Shown here piece after piece: positions 19,932-29,658 of a stretch of 64,000 nucleotides of DNA. The position numbers were made by a program, and so were the translations under genes. Positions within the stretch are counted from its first letter, which is position 1. Each line of letters opens with the position of its first letter. The notes under the pieces were generated by a model, which saw only the letters and a list, made by a program, of their open reading frames with translations, was not told the origin of the DNA and ran no database searches. Source of the DNA: a virus; the IMG/VR virus record IMGVR_UViG_3300027708_000030, positions 66,973 through 130,972 of that record. One strand, 5' to 3'.

Positions 19932-21419
19932 ATGGCAATATCAAGAATAAATTCAAGAGCAATCCTAGACGGAAGCGTTGTTGCTGCTGAGGTAGCTGAT
20001 GGTGCTATTACACCTGCTAAACTGCAGACTGGTGTTGATTTTACTGTCAATACGGTAAGAGTTGGTCTTGGTGCTGGTGCAGTTTCAAGTAATACTACAT
20101 TAGGTGCATCTGCTCTAGATACAAACTCTAGCGGTGCTCAAAACGTAGCCATCGGATATACAGCACTACAGAAAAATACAACTGCCAGTGAAAATACTGC
20201 AGTTGGTCATGGTTCTTTAACAAATAATACAACTGGTGCAGAATCGGTTGCAATTGGTAGATTAGCATTATATACAAATACAACTGGTGGGCAAAATACT
20301 GCAGTTGGTAAACAAGCACTTGCTGGAAACACCACAGCATCTAATAACACAGCAGTGGGTTATCAAGCTGGTTACTCAAATACAACTGCTTCTGGAATTA
20401 CTGCTGTTGGAAATCAAGCTGGTTATAGTGTTGCAGGCAGAGATAATACATTTATTGGCGTAAGTTCAGGTTTGTGGCAAACATCAGGGCTTGAAAATAC
20501 TGCTGTTGGTAAAAATTCTTTTGTAGGAACCAACGGAAGCGCAACTGGTGGTGGTAATAGTGCATTTGGTGTAGGAACTTTAAGTGCTAATACTAGCGGT
20601 AGTTATGATGTTGCGCTAGGTAACTATTCTTTAACATCAAACACAAGCGGTGGATACAATACAGCAGTTGGTTATCAATCTTTACAAGCCAACACCACAG
20701 CCTCTCAAAACACAGCAGTAGGTTATCAAGCGGGGTATACAAGCGTACTTGGAACAAATAACACCTTTATTGGTTATGGTGCTGGTTATACATCTAATGC
20801 TGCTACAACTACTGGTTATAACACTGCTGTTGGTGCTTATGCAGGATACAGTTTAACCACAGGAACACGCAATACCTTTATTGGTTCATTTCAATCTGGC
20901 GGTACTGCTGGCTCTGGTTCTGCTGTAACTACTGGAGGTGCCAACACTATTATTGGTGCTTACACAGGAAATGGTAGTGGCTTAGATATTCGCACATCAA
21001 GTAACCGCATTGTAATATCAGATGGTGACGGCAGCCCAAGGCTCTATTATGACAACAACGGTGCTATTCAATCTACAAGTGCAGTAGGTAATGGTACTTT
21101 ATATCCAGCTTATTTCTGTCGTGCTTGGGTAAACTTTACTGGATCAAGTGGTTCAATTAACGGAAGTGGAAACGTAAGTTCTGTTACTAGGAATGCAACA
21201 GGTGATTACACAATTAATTTAACAACAGCTATGCCAGATGCAACATACGCAATCACTGGCTGCTTAAAGCCAACAACAGGACAAGCTGGAAATAATGCTA
21301 GAGATGTTCACGTAAAATATGATGCTACTCCAACTACTTCTTCATTCAGAGTTAATACAGCTACCGCTAGTGCTGGATATGAAGACCCAGACAATGTTTA
21401 TTTAGCAATTTTTAGATAA
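19932..21419 (+). CDS. Fibre/adhesin with ~14-residue NTAVG repeats (YadA-head-like beta-roll) and RAWVNF tip domain
   Basis: About 20 N-T-A-V/I-G-x-x-A/S repeats; C-terminal CRAWVNFTG..NVSSVT...GDYTIN. Confidence 0.75.
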   Translation: MAISRINSRAILDGSVVAAEVADGAITPAKLQTGVDFTVNTVRVGLGAGAVSSNTTLGASALDTNSSGAQNVAIGYTALQKNTTASENTAVGHGSLTNNTTGAESVAIGRLALYTNTTGGQNTAVGKQALAGNTTASNNTAVGYQAGYSNTTASGITAVGNQAGYSVAGRDNTFIGVSSGLWQTSGLENTAVGKNSFVGTNGSATGGGNSAFGVGTLSANTSGSYDVALGNYSLTSNTSGGYNTAVGYQSLQANTTASQNTAVGYQAGYTSVLGTNNTFIGYGAGYTSNAATTTGYNTAVGAYAGYSLTTGTRNTFIGSFQSGGTAGSGSAVTTGGANTIIGAYTGNGSGLDIRTSSNRIVISDGDGSPRLYYDNNGAIQSTSAVGNGTLYPAYFCRAWVNFTGSSGSINGSGNVSSVTRNATGDYTINLTTAMPDATYAITGCLKPTTGQAGNNARDVHVKYDATPTTSSFRVNTATASAGYEDPDNVYLAIFR

Positions 21420-21428
21420 GAGACAGAC

Positions 21429-21848
21429 ATGGAAAAAGTAATTATTTATACAAACGAAAACGGAAATGTAAGCATAACTTTTCCTGCGCCAGAATTTTTA
21501 GAAACCCACATAATTGAAGATGTGTTGGCTAAAGACTGTCCTGATCATGCTATTATCGTTGATGATTCTACACTACCAACAGATCATGATTTTTTTAATG
21601 CTTGGAGACTAGTTGATGGTGTAGTTTCTGTTAATTTAGATGCTGCTAAAGAAATTAAAAAAGAAGAATTAAGATTTGCAAGAACTCCACTATTACAAAT
21701 ACAAGATGTAGCGTTCCAAAGAGCACTTGAGACTGGTGCTGATACTTCTTCAATCGTTGCTGAGAAACAAAGACTTAGAGATATTACAAAATTCGCAGAT
21801 GCAGCTACTACACTAGAACAATTAAGAGCAATCTCCATAGACGAATAA
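21429..21848 (+). CDS. Putative tail fibre assembly chaperone
   Basis: LP.D..F.NAW and R..R..LL...D...EKQRLRDIT pattern resembling Tfa-type chaperones; follows a fibre gene. Confidence 0.7.
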   Translation: MEKVIIYTNENGNVSITFPAPEFLETHIIEDVLAKDCPDHAIIVDDSTLPTDHDFFNAWRLVDGVVSVNLDAAKEIKKEELRFARTPLLQIQDVAFQRALETGADTSSIVAEKQRLRDITKFADAATTLEQLRAISIDE

Positions 21849-21867
21849 ATAAACAAAGAGGTTAAAC

Positions 21868-22071
21868 ATGGCACTCACAAGAATAGAAACTGATGGCATT
21901 AAAGACTTGGCAGTCACTACACCAAAGATTGCCAATGATGCCATCACAACAGCAAAAATTGCAACTGGTGCAGTTACCAGTTCAGACATTCTAGACGGCA
22001 CAGTAGATTCAGTAGATGTAACCAGCAACGTGCTTGATGGTTCACTTGCTTACTCTCTAGTGTTCTCTTAA
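21868..22071 (+). CDS. Small fibre-linker protein (MALTRI, AVTTAKI repeats)
   Basis: GAGG RBS and late promoter upstream; 10-residue I.DGAVT.AK repeats; hydrophobic C-terminus before adaptor paralog 2. Confidence 0.7.
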   Translation: MALTRIETDGIKDLAVTTPKIANDAITTAKIATGAVTSSDILDGTVDSVDVTSNVLDGSLAYSLVFS

Positions 22072-22085
22072 TCAAGGAAAATTAA

Positions 22086-22412
22086 ATGGCATCCGCATTC
22101 AAATCAGCTGCAACTACTCTGTCAACTACTAGTAGAACAGATCTTTATACTGCACCAGCGTCAACTACAAGTGTGGTGCACAATCTTACTATCGCCAATA
22201 TCGATGGAACAAACAGCGCAACTATTACTATTGAAGTGTACAAAAGTGCTGCAACTACATACTACAAACTGGCATACCTAGTTCCAGTGCCAGCAGGTTC
22301 AACATTGATTTTTGATAAGCCAATCAATCTAGAAACTGGCGACAAGATCAGTTTGACTGCATCTGCGTCAAATGCTCTTTCTGGTTTTGTTTCAGTAATG
22401 CAGATCACTTAA
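22086..22412 (+). CDS. Small beta-rich virion adaptor protein (MANTFK type), paralog 2
   Basis: AAGGA RBS; similar to 15949..16272. Confidence 0.75.
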   Translation: MASAFKSAATTLSTTSRTDLYTAPASTTSVVHNLTIANIDGTNSATITIEVYKSAATTYYKLAYLVPVPAGSTLIFDKPINLETGDKISLTASASNALSGFVSVMQIT

Positions 22413-22421
22413 GGATAAGAC

Positions 22422-23501
22422 ATGGCTCTTACTCAAGTTCAGAGTGGAATTTTAGCAGATAGTACCCAGACATACGGTATGAAAAACCGCATCATTAATG
22501 GTGCGATGGTGATTGACCAGCGTAATGCGGGGGCTAGTGTTACTCCAGCTTCTAATCCAACTTATACATTGGATAGATGGGTTTACACATATTCACAAAA
22601 TTCTAAATTTAGCGTTCAACAAAACGCTGGTTCTGTAACTCCACCCGCAGGATTTACAAACTATATTGGGTTTACTTCTTTAGCGGCAACATCATTAGGC
22701 TCAACTGACTATTTTATTTTGCGTCAAATGGTGGAAGGCTTTAATACGGCAGACCTCGCTTTTGGAACAGCATCAGCCAAAACCATCACCCTCAGTTTTT
22801 GGGTGCGTAGTTCTTTAACTGGTACTTTTGGTGGTGCAATTTCCAATTCGGGTGAAAGCAGAAATTACCCTTTTACTTACACAATTTCTTCTGCAAACAC
22901 TTGGGAACAAAAGTCAGTAACCATTGCTGGTGATACATCAGGAACTTGGTTGACTACCAATGGTATTGGCATTGAATTAAGCATAGGTCTTGGTGTTGGT
23001 TCTACTTATAGTGGAACTGCTGGTGCGTGGACAAGTTCGCTTTTTGTTTGTGCTACAGGTGCTACTAATGTGGCTGGCACAAACGGAGCAACCTTCTACA
23101 TTACTGGTGTGCAACTAGAAAAAGGCAGTACCGCAACATCGTTTGATTACAGACCTTATGGGACTGAGTTGCAGTTATGTCAGAGGTATTTTGCTAAATT
23201 GAGTGCTGCTGGTGCAGCATATACAGCATTTGGTGTTGCTAGAGGAAACGGTGCATCAAGTGTTTATGCTTATCTTAAATACCCAACAACAATGCGTTCA
23301 GCCCCTACAACCGTGCAATCTAATACAGGAGTTAATTTTCCTAGTCAAGCCTCAATAACTGCGATAACTGCAACGTATGACGGTCTTGATTCGTCTGGGG
23401 TTGAAATGTCAACATCAGCAACTATTGGTGCTGGTATTTGTGCGTTATGGAATGCGAATAATAATGGTGCTGCATTTGTTACTTTAAGCGCAGAACTTTA
23501 G
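22422..23501 (+). CDS. RNRIINGAM-family fibre/receptor-binding protein copy 2
   Basis: Paralogous core; ends LSAEL. Confidence 0.75.
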   Translation: MALTQVQSGILADSTQTYGMKNRIINGAMVIDQRNAGASVTPASNPTYTLDRWVYTYSQNSKFSVQQNAGSVTPPAGFTNYIGFTSLAATSLGSTDYFILRQMVEGFNTADLAFGTASAKTITLSFWVRSSLTGTFGGAISNSGESRNYPFTYTISSANTWEQKSVTIAGDTSGTWLTTNGIGIELSIGLGVGSTYSGTAGAWTSSLFVCATGATNVAGTNGATFYITGVQLEKGSTATSFDYRPYGTELQLCQRYFAKLSAAGAAYTAFGVARGNGASSVYAYLKYPTTMRSAPTTVQSNTGVNFPSQASITAITATYDGLDSSGVEMSTSATIGAGICALWNANNNGAAFVTLSAEL

Positions 23502-23510
23502 GAGACATGA

Positions 23511-23672
23511 ATGTATAAACAATCTAAATCTTTTATGGAAAATATGAAGATAGTATCAGTAATTCGTTTGTCTGATGGCGCATCTATTCCTTTTGACCCT
23601 AACAACACAGACTACCAAGAATACCTAAAGTGGGTTGCAGAAGGTAATACACCACTCCCAGCAGAGGAATAA
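23511..23672 (+). CDS. 53-aa putative fibre chaperone copy 2
   Basis: [53 protein letters not shown]; AGGAG RBS. Confidence 0.85.
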   Translation: MYKQSKSFMENMKIVSVIRLSDGASIPFDPNNTDYQEYLKWVAEGNTPLPAEE

Positions 23673-23680
23673 ATAAGTAT

Positions 23681-24721
23681 ATGTACTTAGGCAATCAACC
23701 ACTCTCAGCGTCTTACCTAACTGATTACTTCAGTGGTAACAACACGACTGTAGCATTCACTCTTTCAAGAGCACCAGTATCTGCTTCTTCTGTTATCATC
23801 ACTATTTCTGGTGTTAAACAGGCAGCATCCACATACGGTGTTTCTGGAACAACTCTAACATTCTCTGCTGCACCTCCAACTGGCACAAACAATATTGAAG
23901 TGTTACATCTTGGTGTTCAGCCAGATACAGTTGTTCAACCATCATACAGAACAATCACAGAATTTACAGCGACTGCAGGACAGACTACTTTCTCTCCTGC
24001 TAGTTACACTGCTGGATACATTGATGTGTATCGCAATGGTGTTAAGTTAGGATCTGCAGACTTCACAGCAACAAATGGTACTAGCGTAGTATTGGCAAAT
24101 GCCTGTGCAGCTGGTGACTATGTTCGCTTTGAAGGATTCTTGATCACAACATTTAATAATGCGATTGCCAATACCAATGGTGCTGTTGGTGATAGTTTAA
24201 TTGCTTCAGTTTCTGCAAGTAAGTTGACAGGAACACAAACCATACCAAGAGGCACATTGCCTACGGGGTCTGTGTTGCAGGTGGTGCAAACTGTTAAAAC
24301 AGATACTTTTTCAACAACATCAGGCTCTTTAACTGATATAACTGGAATGTCTGTAAGTATTACTCCCACAAGTGCAACAAGTAAAATTTTAGTGCAGTAT
24401 TTTATTGGAGAAATTGGTCCTGGAAATGATGAAGCACTTGGTATTGCATTATTAAGAGGCTCTACTGTTATTGGTGCTGGAGCAACTGCGGGAAGCCGTA
24501 CTTTAACTTCTACCGCTGCAGTTTATGCAAATGATAGAGGTGCTCCTCAAGCATTTTGTTTTTTAGATTCACCAGCAACTACATCTTCAACAACTTATAA
24601 ATTACAAATTTATGTAAATGGCGGAAACACAGTTCATGTTAATAGGTCTTCAACAGACACAGACAGCACAACATATGCAAGAACAGCATCAACAATTACA
24701 GCTATGGAGATTGCGGCATGA
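23681..24721 (+). CDS. Fibre protein with MYLG N-terminus, two beta domains and GSVLQVV...EIA tip
   Basis: Tip SITPTSATSKILV..DSPATTS..TYK..MEIAA is shared with 26231..27052. Confidence 0.75.
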   Translation: MYLGNQPLSASYLTDYFSGNNTTVAFTLSRAPVSASSVIITISGVKQAASTYGVSGTTLTFSAAPPTGTNNIEVLHLGVQPDTVVQPSYRTITEFTATAGQTTFSPASYTAGYIDVYRNGVKLGSADFTATNGTSVVLANACAAGDYVRFEGFLITTFNNAIANTNGAVGDSLIASVSASKLTGTQTIPRGTLPTGSVLQVVQTVKTDTFSTTSGSLTDITGMSVSITPTSATSKILVQYFIGEIGPGNDEALGIALLRGSTVIGAGATAGSRTLTSTAAVYANDRGAPQAFCFLDSPATTSSTTYKLQIYVNGGNTVHVNRSSTDTDSTTYARTASTITAMEIAA

Positions 24722-24990
24722 ACCACAAAGCAATTTATGCTCTTTACACAAATGTTGTCACTATTGATGACGGCACTGGCGCTTTTGATAAAGACGGCAA
24801 CAAAGTAACTATTGATATGTTGGCAGTTAACGCATGGGTTGACCCCAAAGCATATGTAGCCAAGCGTGCGTCAGAATATCCTACCATCGGTGATCAATTA
24901 GATGCACTATGGAAAGGTGGCGATGCAGCTGCCGAAATGCTTGCAAAAGTACAAGCAGTAAAGAACAAGTATCCTAAGGGAACAGAATAA
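24718..24990 (+). CDS. Putative chaperone of the GSVLQVV-type tip, copy 1
   Basis: ATGA overlap; Y..KRASEYP.I.DQLD.LW..VK.KYPK, paralog of 27049..27357. Confidence 0.75.
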   Translation: MNHKAIYALYTNVVTIDDGTGAFDKDGNKVTIDMLAVNAWVDPKAYVAKRASEYPTIGDQLDALWKGGDAAAEMLAKVQAVKNKYPKGTE

Positions 24991-26075
24991 TGACACAAGC
25001 AGTCACATTAGCGCAAATAGGTTCTAATAATGGAACCTTCCGCAATAAGATTATTAATGGTGCAATGGTTATCGATCAGCGCAATGCTGGTGGAAGTGTC
25101 ACACCATCTGGTGACCAATATACTGTAGACAGATGGCAAATTGCAATCGGTAGTTCTGGTGCATGGGTATCTGTACAACAAAATTCTGGTAATGCTCCAG
25201 TCAACCAAGGTTTTGCTCAATGTCTAAAACTAACTTCTACTGGTGCCAATACACCTTCTAGTGGCTCAATTCATGTGTTACAACAAAGAATAGAAGGTAA
25301 CAATATTGCAGATTTATGTTTTGGTACTGCCAATGCAAAAACAATTACATTATCATTCTGGGTTAATCAAAGCGTGACTGGTACATATGGTGGTGTTGTG
25401 ACTAATAATGGTATAACTAGAGCGTATGGTTTTACTTATACTATCAATTCAGCAAATACTTGGGAATATAAAACAGCAACAATTCCTGGAGATACAACTG
25501 GCACTTGGGTAATTGATAATGGTATTGGAATGAGAGTTATATTTAACACAGGTAGTGGATCTGGACAATGCATTACAGCTGGAAGTTGGCAAACTGGTAC
25601 TGGTGGTATATATGGTGTTTCTGGTGTACAAACGCTTTCTTCAACATCTGGTGCTACTATGTATCTTACTGGTGTCCAGTTAGAAGCTGGTACTGTACCA
25701 ACATCATTTGAACTTCGTTCTTATAGTAAAGAACTATTGATGTGCCAAAGATACTACGAACTAACTGGTTTTGGTAATATTGCTATTTTTGAATCTGGTT
25801 CAACATATGTTATGAACTTAGTTTATAAAGTCACTAAACGAGCGCAACCATCAATTGGTCTGTATTGGACTTCAAATATTCGTGTTAGACAATTTGGTAC
25901 TTCCGACAGAGATGCTTCATCTCCAGGTGTGGGTAGTACAGCAGGTAGCTCAAATGGTGGATATATTAAAATAAATGGATTTGGCTCGGTTGGGGCAACT
26001 AGTTCGGTAGCAGGTATTGGGTTTACTACTTCGTCAGAAAATGGCGATTTATTTTCCATTAGTGCGGAGTTATAA
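24990..26075 (+). CDS. RNRIINGAM-family fibre/receptor-binding protein copy 3
   Basis: FRNKIINGAMVIDQRNAG core; ends ISAEL. Confidence 0.75.
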   Translation: MTQAVTLAQIGSNNGTFRNKIINGAMVIDQRNAGGSVTPSGDQYTVDRWQIAIGSSGAWVSVQQNSGNAPVNQGFAQCLKLTSTGANTPSSGSIHVLQQRIEGNNIADLCFGTANAKTITLSFWVNQSVTGTYGGVVTNNGITRAYGFTYTINSANTWEYKTATIPGDTTGTWVIDNGIGMRVIFNTGSGSGQCITAGSWQTGTGGIYGVSGVQTLSSTSGATMYLTGVQLEAGTVPTSFELRSYSKELLMCQRYYELTGFGNIAIFESGSTYVMNLVYKVTKRAQPSIGLYWTSNIRVRQFGTSDRDASSPGVGSTAGSSNGGYIKINGFGSVGATSSVAGIGFTTSSENGDLFSISAEL

Positions 26076-26077
26076 AA

Positions 26078-26227
26078 ATGTATAAATTAACTAAAGAAAA
26101 CGATTCTGTTGTAAAAGATAATATATTGAGTATTCCATTTGCTGAAGATAATACAGACTATCAAGAATATCTAAAATGGGTTGCTGAAGGTAACACTCCA
26201 CAACCAGCAGACGAACCACAGGAATAA
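26078..26227 (+). CDS. 49-aa putative fibre chaperone copy 3
   Basis: [49 protein letters not shown]. Confidence 0.85.
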   Translation: MYKLTKENDSVVKDNILSIPFAEDNTDYQEYLKWVAEGNTPQPADEPQE

Positions 26228-26230
26228 CAA

Positions 26231-27052
26231 ATGGCTTACTTAGGTCGTGTAAAACCAACTGAAACTACATCCAGTGTATTAAGATCTACATACACTGGTA
26301 ATGGTTCAACCACAACATATGCTCTTCCTGGTCCAGTTGCCAATGAGACATCAATTATCGCAACTATCAATGGTGTGACTCAGCAAGACGCTGCATACTC
26401 TACTGATGGTTCAAATATTATCTTTGTTGCTGCACCTGCACTTGGTGATAGCATCGAAATCCGTACACTCTCTGCAGTTGCCATGAGTTATGCTCCAAGT
26501 GCTGGCTCTGTTGTTACTGGTATTATTGCTGATGGTGCAGTTACTACTGCAAAGATTAATGACGCTTCTGTGACTGGTGCAAAACTAGCCACTGGTGCAG
26601 CTGTTGCAAATATTGGTGCTAGAGCCATTACTGTTGGTCAAGTTCCTGCTGGATCTGTGATTCAAGTAGTTTCATCTCAGCCTATCAATCTTTCATCTAC
26701 AACTGCAAACGCTGTTTTAACATCTTTAAGTATAACACCATCAAGTGCTTCATCAAGAATACTTCTTTTTGGTAGCGTTGAAGGTGAAAGAAATGGTGGT
26801 TCTGCTGGCAATTATATTTTTGGACAATTAAGAAAAAATACAACAAATATACGAGGATTTATGAACGCTGCTGGTTATCAACAAACAACAGGTGCTAGAA
26901 ATTATAATTCATTTGCATATATCGATTCTCCTTCAACAACATCGGCTATAACATATGATTTATGGGTTGACCACACAACTTCAGGTGCAGCATCTGGCAT
27001 AACTTGGGGTTGGTACTCAGCATCAATTCATGCATTGGAGATTGCATCGTGA
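26231..27052 (+). CDS. Fibre protein with MAYLG N-terminus, one beta domain and GSVIQVV...EIA tip
   Basis: YTGNGSTTTYAL..INGVTQ..IIF.AAP domain; tip paralogous to 23681..24721. Confidence 0.75.
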   Translation: MAYLGRVKPTETTSSVLRSTYTGNGSTTTYALPGPVANETSIIATINGVTQQDAAYSTDGSNIIFVAAPALGDSIEIRTLSAVAMSYAPSAGSVVTGIIADGAVTTAKINDASVTGAKLATGAAVANIGARAITVGQVPAGSVIQVVSSQPINLSSTTANAVLTSLSITPSSASSRILLFGSVEGERNGGSAGNYIFGQLRKNTTNIRGFMNAAGYQQTTGARNYNSFAYIDSPSTTSAITYDLWVDHTTSGAASGITWGWYSASIHALEIAS

Positions 27053-27357
27053 AATCACAAATTAGAGGACATTTAATCGCTGAAGCAATAAGTTCTTTGC
27101 GCCCACTATCTTTGTATACGGTAGGTTCAGATGAAAGTATTAATTGGATTGATACAGTTCAAACTCAACCAACACAAGCAGAAATTGAAGCAGAAATTAT
27201 CCGTCTTCAAGCTGAGTATAATACTAAACAATATCAAAGACTTCGTGCTGCAGAATACCCATCCTACGCAGACCAGTTTGATACAATTTTCCATGAAGGT
27301 ATTGATGCATGGAAAGCACAGATTCAAGCAGTTAAAGACAAATATCCTAAGGTCTAA
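27049..27357 (+). CDS. Putative chaperone of the GSVLQVV-type tip, copy 2
   Basis: GTG start in a GTGA overlap with GGAG upstream; YQRLRAAEYPS..DQFD..VKDKYPK. Confidence 0.75.
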   Translation: MKSQIRGHLIAEAISSLRPLSLYTVGSDESINWIDTVQTQPTQAEIEAEIIRLQAEYNTKQYQRLRAAEYPSYADQFDTIFHEGIDAWKAQIQAVKDKYPKV

Positions 27358-27360
27358 GAA

Positions 27361-28407
27361 ATGCCATTAACACAAATTACTACCAGTAATATCGACACAA
27401 CAAATTCGTTGTTCTTCCGCAATCGTATCATTAATGGTGCGATGATGATTGACCAAAGAAATGCTGGAGGTAGTGTTACAGTAGCTAGTTCTTCTGTATA
27501 TACATTAGACAGATGGGCTACATTAAATGTGGCAAGTTCTAAATTTTCTGTGCAACAGAATGCTGGTTCTGTTACTCCACCACCTGGCTTTACTAATTAT
27601 CTTGGTTTAACTTCATTAGCAGCTACAAGTCTTGCAGCTGGTGATTATTATCAAGTATTACAGACAATCGAAGGAACTAATATTTCTGATTTAGATTGGG
27701 GTAAATCCACTGCTAAATCAATTACTGTATCATTTTGGGTACGCTCAAGTCTTATAGGAAATCATGGAGGAGCACTTTTAAATGATGGTAATGCTCGTTC
27801 ATATCCATTCTCATATACTATTAATTCTGCAAATACTTGGGAATATAAAACAATTACTATTGCTGGTGACACATCAGGTACTTGGTTAACAACTAATGGT
27901 ATTGGTTTACAATTGCGTTTTTCTTTGGGTATTGGTTCTACATATACTACTACTGCGGGTGCATGGGTTTCTGGAGTTTATGGTGCTCCAACAGGATCAG
28001 TAAATATTGCTGGAACAAACGGAGCAACTTTCTATATTACTGGTGTACAGTTAGAAGTTGGTACTGCTGCGACTGCATTTGAGCGTCGTCCATATGGTAC
28101 TGAGTTAGAATTGTGTCAGAGATATTATGGATATTACCCATCAGTAACATTCACAAACCCATCTACAGCTTTATACAATGGATTTATTTTACATTATAAA
28201 GTTACAATGAGAGGAACTCCTACGGTTGTGTGTTATAGTACAGCTACAGGAGCAGCAAATAAATTACGATATCAAGATGGTGCAGCTGATATCACCACTT
28301 ATCAAGGTGGAACCAATGCTAATACAGTTTCAATAGCTGCAAATAATTCAAGCACTAATGGTGGGTCAAATATGTTCGTTACTGTTACATGCGATGCGGA
28401 GTTATAA
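27361..28407 (+). CDS. RNRIINGAM-family fibre/receptor-binding protein copy 4
   Basis: Paralogous core; ends CDAEL. Confidence 0.75.
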   Translation: MPLTQITTSNIDTTNSLFFRNRIINGAMMIDQRNAGGSVTVASSSVYTLDRWATLNVASSKFSVQQNAGSVTPPPGFTNYLGLTSLAATSLAAGDYYQVLQTIEGTNISDLDWGKSTAKSITVSFWVRSSLIGNHGGALLNDGNARSYPFSYTINSANTWEYKTITIAGDTSGTWLTTNGIGLQLRFSLGIGSTYTTTAGAWVSGVYGAPTGSVNIAGTNGATFYITGVQLEVGTAATAFERRPYGTELELCQRYYGYYPSVTFTNPSTALYNGFILHYKVTMRGTPTVVCYSTATGAANKLRYQDGAADITTYQGGTNANTVSIAANNSSTNGGSNMFVTVTCDAEL

Positions 28408-28409
28408 AA

Positions 28410-28565
28410 ATGTATAAACAAGTAAAATCACCTGCTGGAATTATCTTAGATTATGTTATCAGAGAAACTGGTGGATGGATTCCATTCGATCCAGATAATA
28501 GAGACTACCAAGAATATCTAAAATGGTTAGAAGCAGGTAATACTCCGCTTCCTGCAGACGAATAA
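28410..28565 (+). CDS. 51-aa putative fibre chaperone copy 4
   Basis: [51 protein letters not shown]. Confidence 0.85.
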   Translation: MYKQVKSPAGIILDYVIRETGGWIPFDPDNRDYQEYLKWLEAGNTPLPADE

Positions 28566-28594
28566 ATAACAGAGAACATCACAGAGAATAACCT

Positions 28595-29446
28595 ATGTAT
28601 ATTGGAAGAGATCCCATCTATGGCGCCTACGAGTTACAAACGCTAACTCCAGACAGTAGCACAACTACATTCACTCTGACTTATGCCGTTGGTGCAGCTC
28701 CAGCCATCATGGTATTTTACGGTGGTGTATATCAAACTCCAGGTGTGGCATATGCTTTATCAGGTGGTGGTACAAGCATTGTTTTCTCTGAAGCACCAGT
28801 AACTGGCACAACATTAATCATTGTCTATCTCGGTCGTCAATTAACAGTTGCTCGTACTGCTGGACAAGAAACAACTACACAATCGTTTACTGGTGACGGA
28901 ACAACTACCAGTTTTACACTAACAGATGCACCAGTTGTTTCTTCAGGTGTTCTAGTATTCATTGATGGTATTCAACAGAAACTTACAACACACTTTTCTG
29001 TTTCTGGCTCTAACATTATTTTCAACACTGCTCCTGATGCCAGTGCTGAAATTGATGTTTATACACTGGTCAAGGAAAAAGTTTCTATTGACACAGTTGG
29101 TGATGGTGTGCTTACTCGTGCAAAATTAGCGTCTTCAATTAATCGTAGCACAGTTGGTGTTTACTCGATTATCACTGGTGCAACAACTGCTACTGCTGGT
29201 TCTTATTACTTTGTAGATACTACCTCAGCTGCGATTACTCTAACATTACCAACAACTGCAGTATTAGGTGATACCATTCGTATTATAGATATGGCAGGAA
29301 CATTTGCTACAAACAATTTAACAGTGTCTAGAAATGGTCACAAAATTCAAAGAATCGCAGACAACTTAACAGTTAACCTTGCTGGTTCTTCTTTTGATTT
29401 AATTTACTCGAACAGCACAAACGGCTGGCTCGTATTCTCACTGTAA
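28595..29446 (+). CDS. Fibre adaptor with MYIG N-terminus, two FTGDG beta domains and a C-terminal YFVDT..TLTLP..GD.I.I.D domain
   Basis: C-terminal domain resembles the N-terminal repeats of T4-type proximal tail fibres. Confidence 0.7.
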   Translation: MYIGRDPIYGAYELQTLTPDSSTTTFTLTYAVGAAPAIMVFYGGVYQTPGVAYALSGGGTSIVFSEAPVTGTTLIIVYLGRQLTVARTAGQETTTQSFTGDGTTTSFTLTDAPVVSSGVLVFIDGIQQKLTTHFSVSGSNIIFNTAPDASAEIDVYTLVKEKVSIDTVGDGVLTRAKLASSINRSTVGVYSIITGATTATAGSYYFVDTTSAAITLTLPTTAVLGDTIRIIDMAGTFATNNLTVSRNGHKIQRIADNLTVNLAGSSFDLIYSNSTNGWLVFSL

Positions 29447-29454
29447 GGTAAAAA

Positions 29455-29658
29455 ATGGCGACAATATACAGCGCAATTAAGAACTATGGTGGAGCTGCAG
29501 GTGGTGGCTCTGACAAGGTATTCGTTGAGAATGATAAAACAATGAACAGTAGTTATACTATTACTACTGGTAAAAATGCCGAAGCAGTTGGTCCAATTAC
29601 CGTTGCTTCAGGTGCAACTCTAACAGTTCCAAGCGGACAAAGATTGGTGATACTATGA
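29455..29658 (+). CDS. Small fibre-associated protein (GPITVASG motif)
   Basis: AAGG RBS; ATGA overlap with the next gene. Confidence 0.7.
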   Translation: MATIYSAIKNYGGAAGGGSDKVFVENDKTMNSSYTITTGKNAEAVGPITVASGATLTVPSGQRLVIL